From assembly GCA_964016885.1 (NCBI GenBank), contig OZ024745.1, positions 100,130,001 to 100,194,000 of the forward strand: DNA of 64,000 bases. The letters are read 5' to 3'. The notes beneath the pieces are model-generated. The model saw only the letters and a list, made by a program, of their open reading frames with translations. It was not told the DNA's origin and did not search any database. The stretch comes from Eledone cirrhosa (taxonomy: Eukaryota). Shown here one piece after another: positions 1 to 10,967 of this stretch (position 1 is the stretch's first letter; each line of letters starts with the position of its first letter). A program made the translations under genes and the position numbers.

Positions 1-234
1 AGTGCACAGTCTTTCCTCACTTAAAAAAATATCTTCACGCACAGGTATTGCACGATAGACTTAATTAATAATTATTAATTATGGTATATCGTGCAATGGC
101 CATACTCGATAACGAGGGGGCAGCCATCATATATATATATATATATATATATGATAACTTTGTATATCAGTACAAGACAAGGCTAATATATATTCATATA
201 TAGAATTAATTCATAGAATGATATAGGAGTTAAG

Positions 235-417
235 TAAGAGACCCAAGAGTGGACCCCGAGCAAGTGGCTGGATAACATCCATGAACTTGGCTGGTCATGC
301 TTGGGGATCCAGCCAGATCAGTTGGAGACGGTTGCTTCTGACAGGACCCACTCGAAGGAGTGTTTGAGGAATCTGCTCCAACGACTCTCTCAGGAATAAG
401 TAAGTGAAGAAGAAGAA
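235..417 (+). mobile_element. RTE-clade LINE 3' end fragment
   Basis: Reads RPKSGPRASGW/WLDNIHELGWSCLGIQPDQLETVASDRTH with (GAA)n tail; related copies at 14691, 31616, 61365. Confidence 0.75.
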
Positions 418-1249
418 TGTAGGATAAGGTAGAATAGTAGAAACTAAAGAATATCTGAGCACCAACACATGTGTATCAAATTGAAAACTCGGTCAATAAC
501 TCCATCAGTGAATATATTTTGTACTGAAATATGATGTAATTTGTGCAACATGATTCAGTGCATGAATGTGTGGAGAATAAACCACTGAATGTATGAGATT
601 AATTTTATAACAATAAGAGATGATAAACGAGAGAAGAGAAAAGAAAGATAATTATTGCAGTGTTTGTAGATATGTGATTAAAATGGATGACATGGAGAGG
701 AAAATGTTATTGTGTTGTTTAGCACCCAGGGCAGCTTTGATGGTGTTCCAGCCATTACCATGCCCTCTTTTTTCCCCTACACACAATGTCTTTAGTTCTA
801 CAAATATCCATTGTATCATACTTTTTCTAAGATAATATGGTAATTTTGGAGCTTTTCTAGAAAGTTGGAAAACCACATAAAGATTCTCTTGTCAGAAGAT
901 GTTTAGTAGTAAGGTAATATGTCAAAGAAGATAATTATGAAATTCTTAATAAATATGACCTGAGACAACAAAGAACAGAAAAAAATTGAGAAGGTTTGTG
1001 TGAACACTCACAGACACACACATATACATACATACTCATGCATAAGTTGAATCAGCAGATAAGTCCCATAATTTTATATTAATCATTTACAATGTACTGA
1101 ATATTTTGAAATGAGATTTTAACGGCTCATGCTGGGTGTTATATCATGTTTTCTTAGAAAAAACTGTGACTTTATACAAGTAATTACAGCATACAACTCA
1201 AAGGTTATTAACATCTAATCTAAAATATTAATTTCAAAATGAAAATCGA

Positions 1250-2369
1250 CCGTATATACTCGCGTATAGGTCGCACTTTTTTAACGATAAATAAGTATAA
1301 ATTTTTGGTGTGCGACCTATCCGATCGACATCAGACTGACCAATGATTTTTCATAGACTTAATCAACGATGGGTATTTATAAAAATAACTTTGTTAATAT
1401 TTTTATTATTTAGCATAATAATTTCATAAATCTACCTTCTTATACATATATTTCTTGATTTTAAAAATTTTACTAAAACTTCGTAGTGTTTACATTTTTT
1501 TCTATCTGACCGGACCATCTGTCATTAAAATCCATAGAAATGCATACCCGGTATTTAAAATGTGATTTCATTGTCTTAGCGTTGCTATGAACACGTATTG
1601 TGACGTATTTACTTTAACAGGAAACAGATTATTGAATGTGACATTTCTTTTCAAAATTAGCAAGGGAGAAAACTTGATAGTTGAAATTTTTTTTATAATT
1701 CACTGAGAAATATGAATTCCGGTAAGAGAAAAAGTTATCAAACAGTTTTCAAGTTAAAGGTGGTTGGTTATGCAAAAGAATTTGGAAATAGGTGTGAACA
1801 TGTATTGGTATTGTATCTTTCAACCACGTTGCTGTAATATTTTCAATGGTGTCCGTCAGATCTTCGCTTTCACTTTCAAAGTAACTATCATCATCAGAAA
1901 TAAATATGTCTGATTCATTTGAAGATAAATCACTAATATTATCTTGTGTTTCTTTTTCATGTCGAATGTCGTTGCATATAAAACCTTCAAAGTCGGTATT
2001 CGCTACTTTGGGAAGCCATGTTGATACGCTAAAAATCTGTTATACTTTCAACGTTAAAAAACAAGTGTTATTTCAAGTTGTTTCACTATATTAAGAGTTA
2101 ATTTTCGCGCTTAAAGGCTTTATCTCGCAGTAATCTCGAATTGACGAAATTTCGATGACGTTAATGTTTATTTTATAAATAAAACATGGTTTGGAGTATA
2201 TATTGCAACGGTGAAGTAATGGAAAGCTAACAGATTATTAGTTTCAATTATCATAAAAAATAGTAGTTTGACGGCCCAAATTTCAGTGCGACCTATCTGC
2301 GAGTCAATGGCAGATAGCCTATTTGTTAAATGAAAAGTGGGTATGCGACCTATATGCGAGTATATACGG
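1250..2369 (+). mobile_element. Non-autonomous pogo-type DNA transposon carrying an internal piggyBac fragment
   Basis: 26-bp TIRs CCGTATATACTCGCRTATAGGTCGCA (1 mismatch), TA after right end; 1712-1792 encodes MNSGKRKSYQTVFKLKVVGYAKEFGNR, resembling the Brinker-type DNA-binding N-terminus of pogo transposases. Confidence 0.85.
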
Positions 2370-2419
2370 TAGTTGAAATGAAAAGCTTTCATAAGTCATT
2401 TTCTTGGTTTGCTTTAAAT

Positions 2420-2737
2420 CAGGGGTGTGCAACATGTTCCATTGTCAGGCCACCTTTGAACATTGGAACAACTATTAGGGCCAGTCACTGTCAAAAATAT
2501 GTAATCTAATGAAAACCGCAATCCAAAGATTCACCACAACTTCTTTCGATAACATGGAACTGGGAAATTATAACACACATAACCCTATCAGTGAAGCCCT
2601 TTACTATAGGTCAACTAACAGAAAATTGTATTACAGTTACGAAAAAAATTCTAAATAAGCCTACAAGGTAAAAATTAAAAATGGTCATCGTGGGCCAATC
2701 TGACTGGTCTCGTGGACCACCTGTTGCATGCCCTCTG
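2420..2737. mobile_element. hAT-like MITE
   Basis: Imperfect TIRs CAGGGGTGTGCAAC / GTTGCATGCCCTCTG; 8-bp TSD not recognisable. Confidence 0.55.
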
Positions 2738-3207
2738 CATCAGAATAACTAATAATGCCAGTAAGGTTTGTTAGTCATTAACTTCTATTATGTGCATGGA
2801 AATCTATTTTCAATGTATTGATCCCAACCACATTTAACTAGCTTTGTTTTCTTAACAATTACAATTCAAATAATTCTACACAGGACAAATTTTAACCATA
2901 GCTCTCTCCCTCAGCCTATAAAGCAAAGACAAGCCTTAGACTGACAGTTCCAATGGTAGCTTAACGCACACCTTATGTTATGCAGAGTTGTGGCTTCTCA
3001 GCTTGGTTGAACAAACCCAATAATGTATGAAAAGTGGTTTGCCCTAATTGTATAGAGAACTGAACTCTGCAAGCTGAAGCAAAGACAAAGTGCTGCAATG
3101 GGCTTTGGTGGTAGCTATAATCAATCTTCTCTCCATATCACATTATTCTTACTGTGAGCTTTTTGTTAGTCAAAACTCTTTCAAACATAATGAAGAGGCA
3201 AGTTTAG

Positions 3208-3995
3208 CCCTTTAGTGTACAAACCGCCCGAAATTATTTCCGACCGATAACACCCACACTAAAATATCATTCCGACTGATAACACCCACACTAAAATATC
3301 ATTCTAAAAATAAACAAACCACCATCAAAATCTCGTCAATTCGAGATTACTGCGGCTCTTACCACGAAAATTAACACTTAATATAGTTAAACAACTTAAA
3401 ACAACACATGTTTTTTTTAACGTTGAAAGTAGAACAGATTTTTTCTGTATCAACATGGCTTGTGAAAGTAGTAATACTGATTTTGAAGCTCTTACAGACG
3501 ACGAGATTCAGAATGAACAAGAAACAAAAGATAATATTAGTGATTTATCTTCAAATGAATCAGATGTTTACATTTCTAAAATTTTATCCGATGATGATTG
3601 TTTTGAAAGTGAAAACGAAGGAGATCTCTAGGACACCATTGAAAATGTTTAGTGATCCATTGAAAAGGTTTAGTGATCCTTATATATCAAGTATTATGCC
3701 GAAAACAATGTATTTAAAATTAAACCAGTATTTGCACCTGGTTGATACTTTTAATGCTCCTATTAATTAATTTCACCTGCCCATAAAAGTCAAATTTAAC
3801 CAAAAAGATCAGGTAAAATTATATAATTGTAAATTATTGATATTAAACATCTACTGACAAATTTTCAAGCCTTGCACATAGAAAATTAAGAAAATTACAA
3901 ACAAATAAAATTGATAACCCTCTTGAGTTTGATTAACTCAAAATAATGTGAACAGATAAACATGACATTTGAAAATTAATGCAAATGCTAAAGGG
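3208..3995 (+). mobile_element. Internally deleted piggyBac element
   Basis: TTAG-CCCTTTAG ... CTAAAGGG-TTAA ends; acidic N-terminus fused to FSDPYISSIMPKTMYLKLNQYLHLVDT; inverted homolog of 4370-5441. Confidence 0.88.
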
Positions 3996-4369
3996 TTAAG
4001 AGAGTAGAAACTCTGAATAAGAACTATGCAGGAAATAGAAATCACTGGACCAAGCATGGGATATGGCTCATCATAGACTGAGCCACACTTCAAATAAAAA
4101 ATTTAATAAACATTATTTTCCTTTTGAAATTAGACATGCCACTCAGAAAATCAAACAGGTTGTAGTTTGCCCTTGACTGCTTTAGACCTCTCATGGATAA
4201 TCTCTTTACTGTGGGTGGCTTCATAAAATGCACCCAGTAGCTCTGAATAAAAACTCTAGTGTTGAGAGGTCTCTTTATTTAAAAATAAATTATCACTTAT
4301 TCAGAGGAGGAAGTTATCCTCAAACTGGAGGCTTGGCCTGAATGTTTACAAAAGAATGGACTTCTTTAA

Positions 4370-5441
4370 CCTTTTAGCGTTCACATTAATTTGTTAAATG
4401 TCATGTTTATCTGTTCACATTATTTTCAGTTAATTGTACTCAAGAGGGTATCAATTTTATTTGTTTGTAATTTTCTTAATTTTCTATGTGCAGGCTTGAA
4501 ATTTTGTCAGTAGATGTTTAAATATCAATAATTTACAATTATATAATTTTACCTGATGTTTTTGGTTAAATTTGACTTTTATGGGCAGGTGAAATTAATT
4601 AAGTATCAACCAGGTGCAAATACTGGTTTAATTTTAAATACGTTGCTTTTGACATAATACTTAATATATAAGGATCACTAAACTTTATATCAGTGCTCCA
4701 GTAATTCCACAGTCTTGGAAATTGTTTTATACCGAACATAATATTTACAGTAAAAAATGCTTGCATTTCCGCAGCATCTGTCGGTCGCCATAACAGACCG
4801 GATTTTCCTTGATTTGAAATCTGTTGTTGGGCATATCTATTAATCTCTTCTGCCACAACTTCGAAGAAAGTTTGTGATAAAAACAAAAAGAAATAATCCA
4901 GTGCTTTATCATCGGGAGCTAATGTGTGTTGTAGACCAGTATTTTGAATAAAATCGGTGTGGTATTTTTCAACCACGTTGCTGTAATATTTTCAATGGTG
5001 TCCTGGAGATCTCCTTCGTTTTCACTTTCAAAACAATCATCGTCGGATGATATTTTAGAAATGTAAACATCTGATTCATTTGAAGATAAATCACTAATAT
5101 TATCTTTTGGTTCTTGTTCATTTTGAATGTCGTCGTGTGTAAGAGCTTCAAAGTCGGTATCGTTACTTTCACAAGCCATGTTGATACACAAAAAATCTGT
5201 TCTACTTTCAATGTTAAAAAAACATGTGTTGTTTTAAGTTGTTTAACTATATTAAGTGTTAATTTTCGTGGTAAGGGCCTAATCTCGCAGTAATCTCGAA
5301 TTGCCGCGATTTTGATGATGGTTTTTGTTTATTTTTAGAATGATATTTTAGTGTGGGTGTTATCGGCCGGTTTCGGGTGGATTGAACAAATGAAGGGGAA
5401 ATAATGGCGGCCGGTTTGGGGGTGATTTGAACACCAAAGAG
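4370..5441 (-). mobile_element. Internally deleted piggyBac element with PGBD4-like transposase remnant
   Basis: TTAA at 4366-4369 and 5442-5445, short CCTTTTAG / CCAAAGAG TIRs, transposase fragment inside. Confidence 0.92.
4599..5179 (-). pseudogene. piggyBac transposase N-terminal remnant, frameshifted and truncated before the catalytic core
   Basis: ORFs 4919..5191 (acidic leader) and 4599..4976 (DYFFLF..EINRYAQQ..WRPTDAAEMQAF..YWSTD..IMSKATYLKLNQYLHLVD) match the piggyBac N-terminal pattern. Confidence 0.88.
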
Positions 5442-5555
5442 TTAAAGGAACTGAATTCTTGTTGCTGACATCCTCTCTGGAGTTGGTGGCATAATAAAAT
5501 ACATCTAATCATCACCCAAAAGTGGTTGTTAACAGAAAAATATATGTCCAAAATA

Positions 5556-5913
5556 ATGATATACACAGCAAAAATGGATAGTTTTCTCTGTTGCTGTATG
5601 ACAAATGATAAAGGATTATAAGTGTTGAAACTCTGAAACCCTTCTAATACATGCTACCAAGGAGAAATGGATATACAGTGATATTTATAAATGTCTCGCA
5701 TATTACAGGTTATTGACTAAATTAAGATTTAAAAAAAAAAAAAAATTGATATACACAGCAAAGATAGATAGCTTTTTTCTGTTTCTCTATGATAGACGAT
5801 GAAAGATCATAAGTGTTGAAACCCTGAAACTCCTAATGCCAAGGAAAAATGGATGTACAATAATGATATTTAGAAATGTTTCACATATTATTGCAGATTG
5901 AATAAAATAAGAA
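5556..5913. repeat. Diverged tandem duplication, about 190-bp unit x2
   Basis: TGATATACACAGCAAA...AAGTGTTGAAAC...CCAAGGA..AATGGAT repeated at about 5556 and 5747. Confidence 0.8.
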
Positions 5914-6751
5914 AAAAAAGGATTTGTTTCTGTATCATCTCTCAAACTAACTTCAGTAAAATAAGATATAGCTAAGTAATTAAAACAACAAATGCGATTG
6001 CCATGAGGTTATGAGTGGAATGGTTAGAAACTGACTGAAATTGCTTTTATATTCTATTTTGCAGAAATAGAGCAATGTTTGCAGATAAAAAAAAATACCT
6101 TCTCAGATGAATGACACATAGCCAATATAAATTTAAAATACTTTTGCAGATGAGAGATAAATTTATTGAAAGTGAGATATTGCAGTGTAAGTTTGAAGAT
6201 GGTCTATTATCATGTTTTTCAATTAAGTAGCCCTTCAAGCTACTTCTACTTCTAAGAAGTTAATTTACTAATCTTGATTTTTTTTTGCATCCTTATCTGT
6301 CCACATACCTAACTAGTCTCTTTCCAACCATTCCTATCTAAAAACCTCTTAATGTATATCAATTCAAATTTAATGTTAACTAGAAAACCTAACATTGGAA
6401 TCTGATTGAAGAAGAATTTATGATGGTCATGGCTCTCATCCTTCTATTTCAGACAAGTGAATAAAGGTAGTATAATAATGCACTTTGTAAATGAATTTGT
6501 ACACACTTTAGATAAGTGTGTGCTTCCTAATATCTAAACCTAATTAATTTTAATTTAAAGTATAAATTAAAAGTAATTTTAGTAGGAAATTGCATGCATT
6601 TAATTTTTTAAATTTTTTATTTTGTATTGAAAATTATATAAAAGAATAGATTATATTATTAATTAATCTTTTGCATTGACTGAAATAAGTAAAAATGTAA
6701 AACATGTTCTTTATTTTCTATTTACAACTATTTTCTTACAATATGATATGA

Positions 6752-7067
6752 AAATTTAAGCAATTTTGCATAATTGATTTAACCCAATGTGCTTATGGTC
6801 ATACTAAAGTACCAATCCCTGTTCTGGGAGCTTATTTTTATTATTAAATGTTATTTGTAATACCAAGTAGTGTGCTTCTTAAATGAAACCTACTGCAACG
6901 TACTATATAAATATTATAATATTTCCCATTATTGCTATACTTCAGTTAATACTTGGTATTACAAATAACATTTAATAATAAAAATAAGCTCCCAGAACAG
7001 GGATTGGTACTTTAGTATGACCATAAGCACATTGGGTTAAATCAATTATGCAAAATTGCTTAAATTT
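6752..7067. repeat. Inverted duplication: 118-bp arms (6752-6869, 6950-7067), 80-bp spacer
   Basis: Arms read as exact reverse complements by eye. Confidence 0.95.
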
Positions 7068-7463
7068 AGAACCCCTAGATCACATCCCGCCATATGCTTT
7101 AGTAAAGTAAATATTTGTGAGTATAAAACCTGACCTCTACCAATAAAACTCATATGATTTGTGATAGAATTTACAATATCTTCTATTATGATCAACAAAT
7201 ACTTATCTAAGTTATCATAGAACCAGCTCCCAATATCTCTAAATGTATGGAATAAACAAGATGGCCAGATAAGTTCTATTAATATCATTTCAGTATTCAA
7301 TTTCTCAAGCTCAAGAAAAGTGCAATTCCCACTAAAATGCTATCAATTACAAAAATTTTATTCTCACAGTGGGAATTTTTTCTTATGAGAAAACACAGAA
7401 TTGCAAATCATACTATTGTTTACCTCAAAAATACAATAGCATATCCCAAAGAAAAGCACTCAC

Positions 7464-7535
7464 AGGTGGTCCAGCTTCTCCAGGCTGTCCATCCAAACCA
7501 TCTATACCATGGATGCCTGGGGGACCAGGCTGACC
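7464..7535 (-). CDS. Collagen exon 72 nt: GQPGPPGIHGIDGLDGQPGEAGPP (gene continues beyond window start)
   Basis: TTATCTTTCACAG acceptor, GTGAGT donor, 8 triplets; visible in ORF 7425..7673. Confidence 0.95.
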
Positions 7536-8176
7536 CTGTGAAAGATAAAGTAAAAAAATATAATATGATTTAATAATATAAATGAATATAAAACACACAC
7601 ACACACTCACTGAAATCCAAATGTGCACACACATTTGGATATATAAATGGGTAAATGAATACTCAATACACATAGTAGAGTATATATATTAAATATGATG
7701 ATTTACTGCATCACAGTTTCTCAACATGTGACATTTTTCAAGTGACAAAACAAATTCACACAGAAATGATCAACTTTGAAGAAACACACATACACATATA
7801 AATAAATATATATTAAAGTTAACATCTGTCCAAAGCCCAGAGGCTCATCAGACTTATCTCAGTTTCATTGGTGTTAAACAACTGAGAATAGTTGACTCCC
7901 TTATGATGGAACACTGCCTGTCACATACAAACACACACATATATATATATACACATATACATACATTTATGCATACATCAAGGAAAATTTAGCTGTTGCA
8001 AATTCTTAACATTTGGAATATTAAATGTATAATTATATATGAAACAAAAGTACAACAAAAGGAATATTGTATTTGATGGCAGCATATAAGGCCCACTTCT
8101 TCATCCCAAAAATGGCTAAAAAAATTAACTTGGTTCTTATAATCAAATTTGAGTTAGCCATAGAGCTAATGTTTAA

Positions 8177-8395
8177 CTCTTTAGCATTTACATTACTCTA
8201 TATTACTCTATTGTATTTTTGTGGTAAAGGCTTTATCTTACATAATTACCTCACATAATCGAATGTACATGATTTTGATGTTATTTATTTTGAGAACAAT
8301 ACCTTAACGTCAGTATGAGTGGCCAGTTACAGTTAGTTTGAACAGAAAGAGGTGAGATAATTCTGGCCGGATATGGGCAGTTCAAATACTAAGTG
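8177..8395. mobile_element. piggyBac-derived MITE (about 220 bp)
   Basis: TTAA flanks, degenerate CCCTTTAGCATTT-type TIRs, same family as 8439, 29859, 63389. Confidence 0.8.
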
Positions 8396-8438
8396 TTAAT
8401 GAGATGCTATAGACTACCAGTACATCCACCTAGCTTAA

Positions 8439-8659
8439 CCCTTTAGTATTTACATTATTCTATATTTACTATTGTATTTTCACAGTAAACACTTTTTTTC
8501 ACATAATTATCTCACATAATATCAAATCTACTAGATTTTAATATTATTTATTTTGAGAACAATACCTTAATGTAGGTATCAGTGGCTGGTTACAGCCAGT
8601 TTGAACAGAAAGAGGTGAGAGAATTCTGGCCGGATATGGCCGGTTTAAATGCTAAAGGT
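8439..8659. mobile_element. piggyBac-derived MITE
   Basis: TTAA-CCCTTTAGTATTT ... AAATGCTAAAGGT-TTAA. Confidence 0.85.
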
Positions 8660-8854
8660 TTAACTTCATATTGCTGCAATCTTATCTCCTCAATCATTAT
8701 AATTATTATTAATAAAAAATGGGATTACCATAACAATTAAAACTGGATATCCTGAGATGAAGATACTCATTCAGCAGCCAATTTTAAAAAGTAAGCAGTA
8801 ATCATTTCTAAGTTCATATATGTCTTACTCCCTAGCTATGTCATACCTAACATT

Positions 8855-8973
8855 GAAAATGTGTTTTTGAAATTAACTTGAAATTAGGGTGATCACAGTG
8901 AGTAAAACTAACAGAAAATGTGTTTTTGAAATTAACTTGAAATTAGGGTGATCACAGTGAGTAAAACTAACAG
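8855..8973. repeat. Perfect 59-bp tandem duplication
   Basis: GAAAATGTGTTTTTGAAATTAACTTGAAATTAGGGTGATCACAGTGAGTAAAACTAACA x2. Confidence 0.95.
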
Positions 8974-10593
8974 TAATCAACTGCATCACTGCCACCATCT
9001 ATTGTTGCTTTCTTAGATCCACTAACATTTTATGCTTGGTGTTTATTATAGTTTTGGCATCTTAGTTCAAGTATTATCATAAAGCAAATGGTGATGGCAG
9101 GCGAAGATTTTTCCTTCAAGATTATGACTATAGTTGGAAAGCTATACTAGTGTCAACAAACTAAAAGTGGTAAATTGTGCTAAGGAGCATAGTAATAGAA
9201 TGGAAGTATTGGGGGGGGGGGGGGGGGCGACGACACCACATATAGTAAAAATGATAATAGAATAAATAAAGTAAGAAAAACTACTAGAGACTTAAAAATG
9301 GTAAACGAAAGCTTCATTTTCCAGTTCTACATTAGCTAAGAGTTTAAAAAGTGGATGATAAATAAGAAGAATACAGAGCAATGAGCCTCAACCAAAATGA
9401 TAATTAATAAGAGTAGGAGATTAGGAGAAGAACAAGGGTTTTAGGATTTTCCAAGACAGGAATGGTTCACAAAGAGGCAGGATTTACAAAACCAACCATT
9501 GCATAGAAAATGCAAACAAATGATGAAAACGAAAACATTAGAATAAAATAGTGGCATAGCAATATCTATCAGTGCCTGGGGAAAAGACACCCACCTGAAT
9601 TAACAGTGGTGATTTTGCACTCTTGCATACCTGAGGTTGACAGTTTCACCTCCTATCCCCATGCTATGCTTTTTGCTATTGCTAAGATGATTTTATCTTC
9701 TTTGGTAATATTTTATTATGGTGTTTATGTATGGTATAATATTTTCACTGTAAATAATTGCTCCTGTTGCTTGATTTCTTGTTATTTTCATCTTTAGTCA
9801 TACTTGTTATAAAATGTTTTCTGTTATAGTTAACCTAATTTTCTTTTCTCCTATATGTTACAGCAGTATTACAATTTAAAAAGATGTTTCCTCCTGTCCT
9901 AGTCGCATGTTTTGTGCAATTTCTTTTTCTGTTACACTATAGCTACATATTTCATTAAATATCAAATACATTAAAGATTAAAAAAAAAAAATTCTTGCTA
10001 AAATCAGCAGAGGGTCTCACATGTCTGCAAGCTTTATATGCTATCAAATACAAAGTAAAAAGCTAAATGAATCATAAAAATTGCTTCATATAGCTACTTA
10101 TTTAAAAGTTTTAAATAAATTTATTAAAAAAAAAAATTATTATATATTTATTTCATGATAAAAATAAAAATGTAACAAAATAACATGCAAAAACAAATTG
10201 TAATAATAATTTCAGTTTATATAATTTACCAATTTTCTTCTACATCACGTTATCTAATTTAATATTCTTAAAGTGTATTAAGTCATCCCTTCAAAAACCC
10301 ATATCCCTATTAACTATTAACACACCAAAATTTTGAAAAGATTTCAATTTTATCATTTTCCAAATAACCTTAGGACTTTCAACAATTTTTTTTAACTCAT
10401 GAAATTACAACCTCTCATTGTGAACTTTTTTCCACAATCTATTACATTTGTGTATTGCCTATTGCTATATTAAAAAAATAATATTCCTTCAGTTATGAAT
10501 AACTACCACTAAATGAAATTTTAAAAAAATGTATCAATGTAGCATTGGAAAAAATAACTCAATTTAAAAAATCATTTAAAATCATGTTCATAC

Positions 10594-10701
10594 CTGAGGT
10601 CCAGGTAGTCCCAATGAACCCTTCGCACCAGTTTTCCCAAAAGGACCAGATGGTCCAATTTCACCTGGTGGTCCAAAGTCACCTTTTGCTCCTCGACGCC
10701 C
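10594..10701 (-). CDS. Collagen exon 108 nt: [36 protein letters not shown]
   Basis: GTACAG acceptor, CAG|GTATGA donor, 12 triplets. Confidence 0.95.
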
Positions 10702-10758
10702 CTGTACATTTAGTTGATTGCATAAAAAATTCCAAGATCATTTCGTAAAAAAAATGTA

Positions 10759-10761
<3 letters not shown>

Positions 10762-10835
<74 letters not shown>

Positions 10836-10848
10836 TATATATATACAC

Positions 10849-10930
<82 letters not shown>

Positions 10931-10967
10931 ATATATATATACATGTGTATATATATATATATATATG
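10762..10967. repeat. (TA)n/(CA)n compound microsatellite
   Basis: Direct reading; starts about 60 nt from the acceptor of the 108-nt exon. Confidence 0.97.

Noticed and set aside
3408-3770. 120-aa ORF as a standalone gene
   Set aside because: Out-of-frame read of a deleted piggyBac that enters the transposase frame only after the deletion junction
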